This document shows positions 50,640 through 61,150 of a DNA stretch of 64,000 nt, piece after piece; within the stretch, counting starts at the first letter, position 1, and each line of letters starts with the position of its first letter. The DNA comes from Candidatus Dojkabacteria bacterium (GTDB lineage Bacteria; Patescibacteriota; Dojkabacteria; J137): positions 1,102 through 65,101 of the forward strand of contig JBDTVZ010000003.1 of the NCBI GenBank assembly GCA_040006935.1, in the 5' to 3' direction. The notes beneath the pieces are model-generated. The model worked only from the letters and a program-made list of their open reading frames with translations, did no database searches and was not told where the DNA came from. The position numbers and the translations under genes were made by a program.

Positions 50640-51578
50640 TTATTCTGCTAAAAATAAATAATCTGATGCAGACCTCCTCTGCTTACCTTCTAGTTGAACT
50701 TCTAATAATTCTAAAGATCCATTCCTTAAATTTAAGAACAGGGATTTCCCTTCTCTTTCTATCTTAATCTTATCTAATGAATCGTTAACCATTGACCGTA
50801 AACCGCAAACCTTTGCGTGAAAGATCTTCAAAACTTTACCATCTTTTAACTTCACCCATGCAACCGGCCAAGGGTAAAATGCTCTCACCATTCTTTCGGC
50901 TAATTTCGCATCAGTTTCAAATGTAATCTCTGCTTTATCTTTGGAAATATCATCTTTATAGCAATAAGTTGCTTTTGAATGATCCTGCTCTACTGCTTGG
51001 ATTTTACCTTCAGTCCATGATCTTAAATCTTCTTCTAAATGATCAACTGCTAGCTGTGATAATCTAGACATCAATGTTTCTGTAGTCTCATCACTCGCAA
51101 CTAGTAACCCGTAACTAGTAACTACATCTCCTTCATCCATCTTCTCTGCCATCTTTTGAATAGTTACGCCAGTTTCTGTGAATCCTTGAAGGATTGCCAT
51201 TGGAACTGGAACCGCTCCTCTTAGCAATGGAAGTAGAGATCCATGAATGTTCAAACAAGAGTATTTAGGACTATCGATAATATTATTCGGAATGATTTGA
51301 CCATACGCTGCGACGATAATTAATTCTGGCTGAAATTTTTCTAACAATTCTTCAGATATTTGCCTAATTTTAATTGGCTTTAATATTTCGAATTCTGAAT
51401 TTTGAGTTTTTACAAACTCTCCTACTGGTGTTGGAGTCAGTTCTTGTTTTCTTCCGACAGGTTTATCTGGTTGAGTAACAACAGCAGCTAGATCTATAAA
51501 ATCTATTTCACGAAGTTTTTGTAATACTGGAACAGCAAACTCACCAGATCCAATAAAGATTGTTTTTATTTTATTCAT
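50640..51578 (-). CDS. fmt: Methionyl-tRNA formyltransferase
   Basis: FIGSGEFA, VTQPDKPVGR, AAYGQII, NIHGSLLP, RAFYPWP. Confidence 0.96.
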   Translation of the reverse strand: MNKIKTIFIGSGEFAVPVLQKLREIDFIDLAAVVTQPDKPVGRKQELTPTPVGEFVKTQNSEFEILKPIKIRQISEELLEKFQPELIIVAAYGQIIPNNIIDSPKYSCLNIHGSLLPLLRGAVPVPMAILQGFTETGVTIQKMAEKMDEGDVVTSYGLLVASDETTETLMSRLSQLAVDHLEEDLRSWTEGKIQAVEQDHSKATYCYKDDISKDKAEITFETDAKLAERMVRAFYPWPVAWVKLKDGKVLKIFHAKVCGLRSMVNDSLDKIKIEREGKSLFLNLRNGSLELLEVQLEGKQRRSASDYLFLAE

Positions 51579-51633
51579 ATTCACAATTATAGCTTTGTTT
51601 GCTTTTCAAGCCAAGGATATTGATATGTGAACT

Positions 51634-51750
51634 CTCCTCCTCTTTTAAGAGGAGGTCGGGAGGAGTTAATACCGCCCCGAAATCACTCTTTTCTTTGGGC
51701 GGTCCTTTTTGGTGTCCATAACTCCCCTAACCCCTCTTACAAAGAGGGGA
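51634..51750. repeat. Composite palindrome A-B-inverted A
   Basis: CCTCCTCTT-TT-AAGAGGAGG; ACCGCCC-N19-GGGCGGT; CCCCTCTT..AAGAGGGG. Confidence 0.8.
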
Positions 51751-51835
51751 ATAGTTATACCGTCGATTTCTATTGTGGATCTGCATAAATAAATGTAAAA
51801 TACAGATTGAATTTATCTGATTAAAAATTCAAAAT

Positions 51836-54811
51836 ATGTACAACAAGCCAAACCCCAAGCAAAAGTTTTTCGAATTGGAACAAGAACTCTTAAAATTCTG
51901 GAAGGATAAGGACATTCTAAACAGGTCTATCCAACAAAGAAGTGAAGAGAATCTAAAAACGTTTTACGATGGTCCTATTACTGCAAACGGAAATCCTCAT
52001 AGTGGACACGCGTTAACTTTCTCATTAAAAGACATTATTCCTAGATACTGGTCCATGAAAGGATTTAGAGTTTCTAGAAGTTTAGGTTGGGATTGCCAAG
52101 GATTGCCTGTTGAATACGAAGTTGAAAAGAATCTAGGATTTAAAGAAAAGAAAGATATTGAAAAATATGGAATTGCAAAGTTCAATGACCTTTGTAGAGA
52201 ACTTGTAACAGTAAATCGAAATAAGATTGTTGATTTAGAAGAATTGATGGGTAGACTTACAAACTCAGAAGAAGAGTACGCAACAATGGATAAAAATTAT
52301 ATTGAATCTGTTTGGTGGTCTTTAAAAGAACTTTATACAAAAGGTTTACTTTATGAAGGATTTAAGGTTGTACCTTACTCAACAAGAGCTGGTACTACTC
52401 TATCTAATGCAGAAGTTGCACTAGGTGGTTACAAATCTATGAAGGATCCTGCTATAACTGTTGAATTTCCGTTAGTTGAAGATGACAAAATAGTTCTACT
52501 TGCTTGGACTACTACTCCATGGACAATACCTGGAAATTTAGGATTAGCTGTAGGAAGCAAAATTGAATATGTAAAAGTAACCTTAGAAGATTCTGATAAG
52601 AATTATGTTCTTGCTAAAGATTTAGTTGAGAAAGTATTTAAGGATAAAGCTTATAAAATAGTTGGAAGTGTTGATATTAAGGATTTACTTGGGAAAGAAT
52701 ATACTCCTCCATTCGATTATTATGTTGGAAGAGACAATGTTCATAAAATTTACGAAGGTGGACATGTAACTACAGATTCCGGAACTGGAATTGTTCATTT
52801 AGCACCTTATGGAGCTGAAGATAATGAAATATTTCAGAAAGTTGGAATTCAAAGTTTTGATTATTTAAATGATCAAGGAGACTTTACGACAGAAATCCCT
52901 GACTACTCAGGAAAGTTCTACAAACAAGCAAATCCGTTGATCGTTGAAAATCTTACATCAAAAGGAGTACTTTTTGACTACGAAGAATACGAACACGAGA
53001 TGCCAATGTGTTGGAGAACTAATACTCCTTTAATATACAAGCCTATCAAGTCTTGGTATGTTGCAATGAGTACTTTGAGAAAAGAATTAGTTGATAATAA
53101 CAACAAGATTAATTGGAATCCTAAACATGTTAAAGATGGACGATTTGGGAATTGGCTTTCTGAAATTAAAGATTGGGGAATTTCTAGATCAAGATATTGG
53201 GGAACTCCTCTACCTATTTGGAAATCTGAAAGTGGGAAAGTAATGATATTAGGTTCTTATGAAGAACTTGAAAAATTATCTGGAGTAAAAGTTGATGATC
53301 CTCACAGACCTTACATTGATGATATTGAATTTGATTTCGATGGAGAACATTACAAAAGAATTTTAGATGTTCTGGATGTTTGGTACGATTCCGGATCTAT
53401 GCCCTTTGCTAGATTTCACTATCCATTCGAAAATAAAGAGAAGTTTAAAAAGAAATTTCCTGCTCAATATATTGCAGAAGGTGTAGATCAAACTAGAGGT
53501 TGGTTTTACTCTCTTCATGCGATTTCTACCGCTCTATTTGAAAGAGAAGCTTATCAGAATGTGATCGTTAACGGAACTATTCTTGATGATCATGGTGCAA
53601 AATTAAGTAAGAGTAAGAAAAATTATATTGATCCAGATTTATTAGTAAAGGAGTTTGGTGCAGACACTTTAAGAATTAATTTCTTTAGTTCACCAATTGC
53701 ATCTGGTGAAGACGCTTCTATTACTCAAAAGACTTTAAAGTTAATAACTCAAGAGTATATACTTCCAATCTGGAATATATTCTCATACTTAACAACATAC
53801 GCAAATATTCACGAATGGCATCCTAATGAGCAGTTAGCTTACAATGGACGAAATGTAACCTCGGATACACATCCATGGGATCATATTCCATTTGATAACA
53901 TGACTAATAGCGTTGATGCTTGGATAATTTTGAGATTACAAAATACAATTTTAGAAGTAACAACGGCTTTAGATAATTACGAAATACAAAAAGCAATGCG
54001 TCCTTTGAGAGCATTCTTTGAAGATATTTCTAAATGGTACATTAGATCAAATAGAGATAGATTTGCAGAAGGTGATCCATCTACAATCAATACTCTATTC
54101 TATGTATTTGTAGAAGCATTAAAATTACTTTCACCATTTGCTCCATTTATTACTGAAGGTATTTATAGAGAATTAGTTGTTAGTGAAATAGAATCTCTGC
54201 CAGAATCTATTCATTTAACTGACTACCCTGTTTACGATAAAGCATTTACAGAAAACTATAGTGCTTTAGAATATGAGATGGAATTTGTTAGAAGGGTTTG
54301 CGAAATGGGACATGAGCTTAGAGTTTCAAATGGTTTAAAAGTAAGACAACCTTTAGAGAAATTAGTAATACAAACAGATAACGAGAAAGTTGCGATAGTC
54401 ACAGATTGGATGAGAGATTTAATTATGAAAGAATTAAATGTTCTATCAGTAGAAGATACAATCCATTTTGCTGCAAGCACTACTCTTAAAACTTCTGAAG
54501 ATGCTAATTTGAAAATTAAGATTGGTTTAGAAACTCAAATCACACCAGAATTAAAAGAAAAAGGAACAGTACGGGAAATAATAAGAACAATTCAAGCCAC
54601 AAGAAAATCTGAGAATTTTCAAATGGGTGATAAAGTAAAGATTCTATATTATACTGAGAACATAGATTTAAAAAATATAATAGAAAAAAACAAAGATTTA
54701 ATATTTGAAGCTACAAACACTGTTTCCATTGAATTCAATGAGAGTTTAGAATCCCCTACAGAAACTAAAATTGAAGACAGTGTTCTAAAGCTCACACTCG
54801 AAAATGTTTAA
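51836..54811 (+). CDS. ileS: Isoleucine--tRNA ligase (type 2-like)
   Basis: YDGPITANGNPHSGH, GWDCQGLP, WTTTPWT, SRSRYWGTP, EGVDQTRGWF, KLSKS; no C-terminal Zn finger. Confidence 0.96.
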   Translation: MYNKPNPKQKFFELEQELLKFWKDKDILNRSIQQRSEENLKTFYDGPITANGNPHSGHALTFSLKDIIPRYWSMKGFRVSRSLGWDCQGLPVEYEVEKNLGFKEKKDIEKYGIAKFNDLCRELVTVNRNKIVDLEELMGRLTNSEEEYATMDKNYIESVWWSLKELYTKGLLYEGFKVVPYSTRAGTTLSNAEVALGGYKSMKDPAITVEFPLVEDDKIVLLAWTTTPWTIPGNLGLAVGSKIEYVKVTLEDSDKNYVLAKDLVEKVFKDKAYKIVGSVDIKDLLGKEYTPPFDYYVGRDNVHKIYEGGHVTTDSGTGIVHLAPYGAEDNEIFQKVGIQSFDYLNDQGDFTTEIPDYSGKFYKQANPLIVENLTSKGVLFDYEEYEHEMPMCWRTNTPLIYKPIKSWYVAMSTLRKELVDNNNKINWNPKHVKDGRFGNWLSEIKDWGISRSRYWGTPLPIWKSESGKVMILGSYEELEKLSGVKVDDPHRPYIDDIEFDFDGEHYKRILDVLDVWYDSGSMPFARFHYPFENKEKFKKKFPAQYIAEGVDQTRGWFYSLHAISTALFEREAYQNVIVNGTILDDHGAKLSKSKKNYIDPDLLVKEFGADTLRINFFSSPIASGEDASITQKTLKLITQEYILPIWNIFSYLTTYANIHEWHPNEQLAYNGRNVTSDTHPWDHIPFDNMTNSVDAWIILRLQNTILEVTTALDNYEIQKAMRPLRAFFEDISKWYIRSNRDRFAEGDPSTINTLFYVFVEALKLLSPFAPFITEGIYRELVVSEIESLPESIHLTDYPVYDKAFTENYSALEYEMEFVRRVCEMGHELRVSNGLKVRQPLEKLVIQTDNEKVAIVTDWMRDLIMKELNVLSVEDTIHFAASTTLKTSEDANLKIKIGLETQITPELKEKGTVREIIRTIQATRKSENFQMGDKVKILYYTENIDLKNIIEKNKDLIFEATNTVSIEFNESLESPTETKIEDSVLKLTLENV

Positions 54812-55436
54812 TGACTTAAGAAAAAATTTAAAGGAAAGAAACTTTGGAGCTTATATTCCACTCTTCATCGCGGACTTTTTACAGAGCGTTGTTATTGCGA
54901 TTGCAATTTGTATTGCTGTATATGTTTTTATTGCTACTCCAAATCAAATAGACGGGGAATCGATGGAGCCTAATTTTACGAATAGTGAAATTATTATAAC
55001 TAACAAATTAACTGAATGGCTTGGTTCTTCGGACTTTGGTAAAAATGCTGGGTTAGACTATCAAAGAGGAGATGTGGTTGTTTTCCAAAAACCAGGTAAC
55101 GAGGACTTTATTAAAAGAATTATTGGAATCCCAGGAGATAAAGTAGCAATAAAAGACGGTTATGTTTATCTAAATGGGAAGAAAGTTATAGAAAGTTATT
55201 TACAACCCTCTACTTTTACTCGAGGTGGAAATTTTATAGAAGAAGGTGCAGTGGAAAGAGAAATACCCGTTGGTAAATATTTTGTATTAGGAGATAATCG
55301 AAATAATAGTCACGATTCAAGATTTTTAGATATTGGATTTATAAACCGAGATTGGCTTAAAGGGAAAGTAATATTACGTTACTGGCCAATCAATAAATTT
55401 GGTATAGTCAGTCAAGGAGAACTACAATTCAATTAA
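54804..55436 (+). CDS. lepB: Signal peptidase I
   Basis: GESMEPN, FIKRIIG, LGDNRNNSHDSR. Confidence 0.95.
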   Translation: MFNDLRKNLKERNFGAYIPLFIADFLQSVVIAIAICIAVYVFIATPNQIDGESMEPNFTNSEIIITNKLTEWLGSSDFGKNAGLDYQRGDVVVFQKPGNEDFIKRIIGIPGDKVAIKDGYVYLNGKKVIESYLQPSTFTRGGNFIEEGAVEREIPVGKYFVLGDNRNNSHDSRFLDIGFINRDWLKGKVILRYWPINKFGIVSQGELQFN

Positions 55437-55508
55437 AATTTAAAAATTAAAAGAGAATCTCGGTTTATTTTATTCTTCTCTTAATTTTTAATTGATTTCT
55501 TTTAATTT

Positions 55509-56333
55509 ATGATATTAGCTGTAACAAATCAAAAAGGAGGAGTTGGAAAAACTACTACAGTATTGAACTTAGGAGTTTATCTTGCTGTAAAAGGACAAAA
55601 AACCCTTTTAGTTGATATTGATCCCCAGTCTAATCTAACTTCCGGGCTAGGTGTTAAAGGAGATTTACAAAATAAAGAGAATATTACTAACCAGGAGCCG
55701 AAAACTATTTACGATGTCCTTGTAAATAAAGAACCTGCAGAGAGTGCAGTTTTGAAAACTAGAATTAAAAATTTAGATATTATTCCCTGTACAATTGAAT
55801 TAGCTGGAGCAGAAGTTGAACTTGTTGGATCTTTGTCTAGAGAAAGTATATTAAAAAAAGCTATAGAAAATGTTTCTAAGAATTATGATTTTGTAATTAT
55901 CGACTGCCCTCCTTCACTAGGATTACTGACTATAAACGGACTTGTAGCTGCAAATAACGTACTTATACCTGTTCAATCAGAGTATTACGCTCTTGAAGGT
56001 TTAGGACAGCTTATAAACACTGTAAAGCTTATTAAAAACAACTTAAATTCTTCAATGGATGTTGGTGGAGTTATTTTAACAATGTACGATCCAAGAACTA
56101 ACTTAAGTAAAGATGTTGCTGGAGAAACTCAGAATTTTTTTGGAGATAAAGTATTTAAATCTGTCGTACCCAGAAATATTAAGCTATCTGAAGCACCCTC
56201 TCATGGGCTCTCAATCTACGAATACGCTCCTAACTCCTCCGGCGCACAAGCATACGAGCAACTTGCAACTGAAGTAATTAAAAGATTTACCAGGGAAGGA
56301 TTGGTAAGACCAATGCTTACAAAAGCTGGTTGA
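55509..56333 (+). CDS. parA: ParA/Soj ATPase
   Basis: NQKGGVGKTT, DIDPQSN, IDCPPSLG, EYYALEG. Confidence 0.96.
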   Translation: MILAVTNQKGGVGKTTTVLNLGVYLAVKGQKTLLVDIDPQSNLTSGLGVKGDLQNKENITNQEPKTIYDVLVNKEPAESAVLKTRIKNLDIIPCTIELAGAEVELVGSLSRESILKKAIENVSKNYDFVIIDCPPSLGLLTINGLVAANNVLIPVQSEYYALEGLGQLINTVKLIKNNLNSSMDVGGVILTMYDPRTNLSKDVAGETQNFFGDKVFKSVVPRNIKLSEAPSHGLSIYEYAPNSSGAQAYEQLATEVIKRFTREGLVRPMLTKAG

Positions 56334-56445
56334 TAAACTTTGCAATTTGTGGAAAGATAGAATGAATTAACAACTTCCAAATTGCAAACAAGACTGTATT
56401 ATAAGTTTGGGAATTGAAAATTATAATATTGAAAATTTTAATAAT

Positions 56446-57303
56446 ATGAACAGTAAGAAAAGCTCAGGTTTAGGAAGAGGTTTATCCGCATTAATAAGCC
56501 AACAAGCAGTACCCGAACTATCCCAAGGATTTATTCCCAATTTACCAATTGATTTAATAGTCCCAAATCCTTACCAACCAAGAATAGAAATAAAGCCAGA
56601 ATCGCTTATGGAATTGGCAGATTCTATTCGAGAACATGGAGTAATTGAACCACTTTTAGTAACTAAGAATGATGGTAAGTATGAATTAATTGCAGGAGAA
56701 AGAAGATGGAGATCGTCAAAATTAGCCGGATTAGAAACAGTTCCTGTTGTTGTAAAGGAATCATCTCCTCAGGAAATGCTTGAACTTGCAATTGTAGAAA
56801 ACGTACAAAGAGCAGATTTGAATCCTTTAGAAGAAGCTTTAGCATTCGAACAATTAGTAAAGGCATTTAATATGTCTCACGAGATTATTTCTAAAAGAAT
56901 TGGACTTTCAAGGCCAGCCATTGCAAATAAGATAAGACTATTAGCTCTTCCAGATGAAATTAAAAAAGCATTATTAGAAGAAAAAGTATCAGAAGGACAC
57001 GCAAGAGCTTTGTTAGGTTTGAACTCTACAGAAACAATGATTGCAGCTTACAAAATTACTATCCGAGACCACCTCTCTGTTCGTGCTGTAGAAGAATTAG
57101 TTAGAAGATTAAACAAAGGAAAAAAATTAAAACAACGAAAGGATATGAGAATTGTAGATGACAAAACTACAGAACTTGAAACTAATTTAAAACAAAAATT
57201 TGGACAAACAGTTAGTCTATCCCGATCTCAAAAAGGAGGGAAAATCGTTATCCCTTTCAATAATGATGAGGAGTTGGATAAGATAATCACAGAACTTCTA
57301 TAA
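56446..57303 (+). CDS. parB: ParB/Spo0J partition protein
   Basis: GLGRGLSAL, NPYQPR, IAGERRWR, ENVQRADLNP; start placed at the ATG at 56446. Confidence 0.96.
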   Translation: MNSKKSSGLGRGLSALISQQAVPELSQGFIPNLPIDLIVPNPYQPRIEIKPESLMELADSIREHGVIEPLLVTKNDGKYELIAGERRWRSSKLAGLETVPVVVKESSPQEMLELAIVENVQRADLNPLEEALAFEQLVKAFNMSHEIISKRIGLSRPAIANKIRLLALPDEIKKALLEEKVSEGHARALLGLNSTETMIAAYKITIRDHLSVRAVEELVRRLNKGKKLKQRKDMRIVDDKTTELETNLKQKFGQTVSLSRSQKGGKIVIPFNNDEELDKIITELL

Positions 57304-57380
57304 AGATACTCAACCAGTAACCCGTAACTCGCAACCATTAACGATTTGGTGCTATAATTTGTCCATCTAAACTAACACTT

Positions 57381-58577
57381 ATGGCTCGAATTCTTGTTTC
57401 TGCTGCTCATACGCTTGAAAGTCCTGGTGCAATAAATGGCGACCTAAGAGAAGCAGATTTAACTCGAAATATCTTAAAGAAAGTTATTCCTCACCTAGAA
57501 AAAACAGGTGTGGAATTTAAAGCTGTACCATTGGACCTTCCTCTACTCCAAAGGATTGATTGGATTAATGAAACAGGGTTTAGCGAAGCCAGTGGAGATA
57601 TCTTCTTAGAAATTCATATTAACGATGGCAACAAAAGAGGTATCGAAGCTTGGTTTAAAGGCTCAGGTTCTGAAGATAATAAATCGCAAAAGCTTGCTAC
57701 AAAAGTTGCTGATGAGGTTTGTAAAAAAACAAATTATCAAAACCAAGGAACTAAAAGTGAATTTGACCATGATTTAGGGAGTTTACTTATTCTAAATCAA
57801 ATAAATCCAACCGGCGTAGCGATTGAGTTCTTATATATCGATAATGAAGAAGATATTAAAATCTTAAAAGATGATGCTAAGCTCGACGAACTCGCAAAAC
57901 TCATTGCAGATAGCATGGCAGACTTTGCAAAGAATGATAAGACTAAACCAGCTGAAACTACAACAGAAACAAAGGTAAAATCTCCCCTCTTCCCAATGAA
58001 TGATAAGCCAATGACAACCCCTCCGTCTGCTTTATCAGGTGGTTTTGGAAGTGGATTTCCATCTATGGGAGCAACACCAAGCAGTCCTGCTTCCAAAACC
58101 AATACTCTGATGGATAGAGGTGAAAGAACAGAAATGATTAAAAAAATTTATAAAAAGATCTTAGGGAAAGAGCCTAATCAAAATGATCTAAACTTCAATC
58201 TTAATACAGCAGTTTCGGAAGAAGATTTAACTAAAAAACTTTTGGAGTCTAAAGAATTTGAAGAAATGGTAAAAGATGCAGCAGAAGCTAAGGAATTGAG
58301 AACTAAAGCAACTAAAGCCGAATCTGAGCTCGCCACCATTTCCGGAAGTATTGCAGATATGAAAGATATGGCTGCGGGGTTAAATAGGCTATTAGAACAG
58401 AAAAATAAGTATATAGGACAACTCCACGGCGAATTAGAAAGAAATAATTTAATAAAAAAAGGAGAAAGGTTTAACTCTGGAACTCGAAAAATCTCCAACG
58501 AGGCAAAAAAACTTGAAGGACAAGCATCTCTTAAGTCCACACTCATAAAAATTTTAATGAAAGTTTTTGATGTCTAA
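57381..58577 (+). CDS. N-acetylmuramoyl-L-alanine amidase (Amidase_3) with a coiled-coil C-terminus
   Basis: SAAH...GA...READL, LEIHIN, IEFLYIDN zinc ligands. Confidence 0.82.
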   Translation: MARILVSAAHTLESPGAINGDLREADLTRNILKKVIPHLEKTGVEFKAVPLDLPLLQRIDWINETGFSEASGDIFLEIHINDGNKRGIEAWFKGSGSEDNKSQKLATKVADEVCKKTNYQNQGTKSEFDHDLGSLLILNQINPTGVAIEFLYIDNEEDIKILKDDAKLDELAKLIADSMADFAKNDKTKPAETTTETKVKSPLFPMNDKPMTTPPSALSGGFGSGFPSMGATPSSPASKTNTLMDRGERTEMIKKIYKKILGKEPNQNDLNFNLNTAVSEEDLTKKLLESKEFEEMVKDAAEAKELRTKATKAESELATISGSIADMKDMAAGLNRLLEQKNKYIGQLHGELERNNLIKKGERFNSGTRKISNEAKKLEGQASLKSTLIKILMKVFDV

Positions 58578-58594
58578 TATGTTATAATTTTGTA

Positions 58595-58770
58595 ATCTTT
58601 TTAGGAGATTGATTATCTTTAAATAGCAAGAAAATTGAAAGAATTTAACTACAAAAATTTAAAAGCAAAAGTTACTAATTTAATTGAATTAGATAGCTCT
58701 GCATTACCTATTTTAGGTTAATTTTGTATATAAATTCAGAATTCTTCGAGATAACTTCCCCTAAGTAGAC
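58595..58770 (+). ncRNA. ssrS: Probable 6S RNA
   Basis: Extended -10 TGnTATAAT at 58580-58588; about 175-nt rod-like self-complementarity with a central bubble; directly upstream of rny. Confidence 0.6.
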
Positions 58771-58792
58771 ATATAAATTTTAAAGTTTTGTT

Positions 58793-60367
58793 ATGGATAT
58801 ATCATTTATTTTAGTGGCAGTTCTTCTTATTGCTGCAATTGCAGGGATAGGTTTTGCTGTAGTACTCTACTCTCAGCTAAGTAGTCTTAAAAAGACAAAA
58901 GAAGAAGAGATTAATAATTTAGTCAATAAATCTAAAGAAGTAAAACAACTTTCTGAGGAAGAAGCTATCGAAAAAGCAAGCCGAAAAGCAAAAGAAATGC
59001 TTACAGAAGCGGAGAGAAAAGCTTTGGATATTGAAACTAAAGCACAGGAAAATTTGAGACTTGCGAGAAATCAATTAAAAGATCAGGAAAGAATTCTTGA
59101 AGAAAGAGAAAGAAAGTTAGTAGAAAGAAACACTACTCTAGACATGCGTAACGATCAAGCAGATAAAAAAGAGCAGGAAATTGAAGCAATTAAAAAAGAC
59201 ATTGCAACAAAGCGTGAAGAACTTGCAATTAAACTTCAAGAAGTTGCTAAATTAACTCGAATAGAAGCAGAAACTCAGTTAAAGCAAGAGGTTGAGAAAG
59301 ATCTTCAAGATTGGGCTGCTAAAAAAATTAGAGAATCTGAAGCTATGATCTCTCAAAAATCTGATGAAGCTGCTAAAACTATCCTTGTGGAAGTTATGGC
59401 TAACGCTGCTACAGATTATGTTGCAGAAACAACTACAACTACTGTAACAATCGATGATGAGACTATGAAAAGTAAGATCATTGGTAAGCAAGGTAGAAAT
59501 ATTAGAACTTTTGAAAAGCTTACTGGCGTTGATTTAATTGTAGACGAAACTCCAAATCAAGTTACAATTTCTTGTTTTGATCCAATTCGAAGAGAAGTTG
59601 CTGCATTAACATTGCAAAAATTACTATCTGATGGGAGAGTTCATCCAGGATCTATTGAAGAAACTGTAGAGAAAGTTAAAAAAGAACTTTTGAAAGTGAT
59701 TAAAAAGACCGGAGACGATATGGCATATGAAACTGGATTTAATAATCTACCAAACGAAATTATTATGCTTTTGGGAAGATTTAAATACAGATTTAGTTAT
59801 GGACAGAACTTAGTAAAACATACGCTAGAAATGGTAAAAATTGGAGAAGCTTTAGCTAAAGAATTAGGTGCAAATGTACAAACTACAAAGTTAGCTTGTT
59901 TACTACACGACATCGGTAAAGTGGCTCCAGAAGAAGGAAAACAACATCACCACATCTCTTCTGAGCTTGCTAGAAAGTATTTCCCTAACGACGAGAGATT
60001 GGCTAACGCAATAGAAGCACATCACTTTGATATTGATGCAAAATATGTTGAAGCAGAAATTGTAAGAATTGCAGATGCAATTTCCGGAGCAAGACCAGGA
60101 GCAAGAGTTGAAAATTACGAGGACTATATAAAAAGAATTAGAGCATTGGAAGACATCGCAAATAAGCATAAAGGAGTTAAAGAATCCTTTGCTATCTACG
60201 CTGGAAGAGAGATTAGAGTTATTGTTAAACCAGACGAAGCATCTGATGAAGATGTGAAAGTAATGTCATTTAAAATTGCTAAGGAAATTGAGGAAACTCA
60301 AAATTACCCTGGAGTAATTAAGGTGACAGTGATTAGAGAGACGAGAAGTATTGTTGAGGCGAAGTAA
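58793..60367 (+). CDS. rny: Ribonuclease Y
   Basis: TM helix, coiled coil, KH domain (IIGKQGRNIR), HD domain (LLHDIGK), DAISGARPGAR. Confidence 0.97.
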   Translation: MDISFILVAVLLIAAIAGIGFAVVLYSQLSSLKKTKEEEINNLVNKSKEVKQLSEEEAIEKASRKAKEMLTEAERKALDIETKAQENLRLARNQLKDQERILEERERKLVERNTTLDMRNDQADKKEQEIEAIKKDIATKREELAIKLQEVAKLTRIEAETQLKQEVEKDLQDWAAKKIRESEAMISQKSDEAAKTILVEVMANAATDYVAETTTTTVTIDDETMKSKIIGKQGRNIRTFEKLTGVDLIVDETPNQVTISCFDPIRREVAALTLQKLLSDGRVHPGSIEETVEKVKKELLKVIKKTGDDMAYETGFNNLPNEIIMLLGRFKYRFSYGQNLVKHTLEMVKIGEALAKELGANVQTTKLACLLHDIGKVAPEEGKQHHHISSELARKYFPNDERLANAIEAHHFDIDAKYVEAEIVRIADAISGARPGARVENYEDYIKRIRALEDIANKHKGVKESFAIYAGREIRVIVKPDEASDEDVKVMSFKIAKEIEETQNYPGVIKVTVIRETRSIVEAK

Positions 60368-60370
60368 TTA

Positions 60371-60442
60371 GAATTCTGCGCGAGCCAAAGGTGAGCGCAT
60401 AGAATTCTGTTATCCTGATCCGCCCTTTGGCGGAGATGGATC
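60371..60442. repeat. Palindromes downstream of rny
   Basis: AGAATTCTGCGC..GCGCATAGAATTCT and TCCGCC-CTTT-GGCGGA. Confidence 0.6.
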
Positions 60443-60521
60443 TTAGAATGATATCGGGACCTCAAACTACTCTACTAATAAAATTAAATATTCTGTAAAG
60501 AAATATACTATCATTATTGGA

Positions 60522-61133
60522 ATGAGTGTTGACAAAAATATACAAAAAACAAAGATCTGCCCTTTTTGTTCAGAAGAAATAAAATTAGATGCTGTAAAGT
60601 GCAGGTATTGCGGCGAGTTTCTGAATAAAGAGTTAAAAAAAAGTGAAAGAATAAATCCAGAGGAAAATCTCCCTATAAAAAAAGATAGACAAAGTTTAAA
60701 CGGCATTTTTGCTGCGATATTTGTAATTATTATGATAGGTTTTCCTTCATTCCTTGGATTAGGCGGAATTATACCAAGCATGGTAGCAGGAATTTTTGCA
60801 GGATTATGGGTATGGGTCATAGATAAATTACCTGGTATGCAATGGCAGAAAGTACTGATTCTTATTTTAACGATCTCCTTAACCTATGGGTTAACCACAG
60901 TCCTATTGAATAATACTAACTTATTTCAACAAATAAATATTTCGAAAGGAGATAATAAATTAAATGATTGCCTCGATACTGCTAAAAATCAATATCGATT
61001 GAACTGGGATAAGCAATGTAGTGATACAAATCAAAATGATTCCTGTAAGTTACCTACAGCAACTGCACAATTACTTGAAGATAGGCTAAATAGTGGTAAA
61101 CAAGAATGCTATTATAAATTTGGAAGCAAATAA
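60522..61133 (+). CDS. Zinc-ribbon membrane protein
   Basis: CPFCSEEI..AVKCRYCGE, TM helices, Cys-containing C-domain. Confidence 0.75.
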   Translation: MSVDKNIQKTKICPFCSEEIKLDAVKCRYCGEFLNKELKKSERINPEENLPIKKDRQSLNGIFAAIFVIIMIGFPSFLGLGGIIPSMVAGIFAGLWVWVIDKLPGMQWQKVLILILTISLTYGLTTVLLNNTNLFQQINISKGDNKLNDCLDTAKNQYRLNWDKQCSDTNQNDSCKLPTATAQLLEDRLNSGKQECYYKFGSK

Positions 61134-61150
61134 ATTATACTCCACATAAG

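Noticed and set aside
55437-57380. parS site or replication origin near parAB
   Set aside because: No TGTTTCACGTGAAACA-like palindrome or DnaA-box cluster was found by eye
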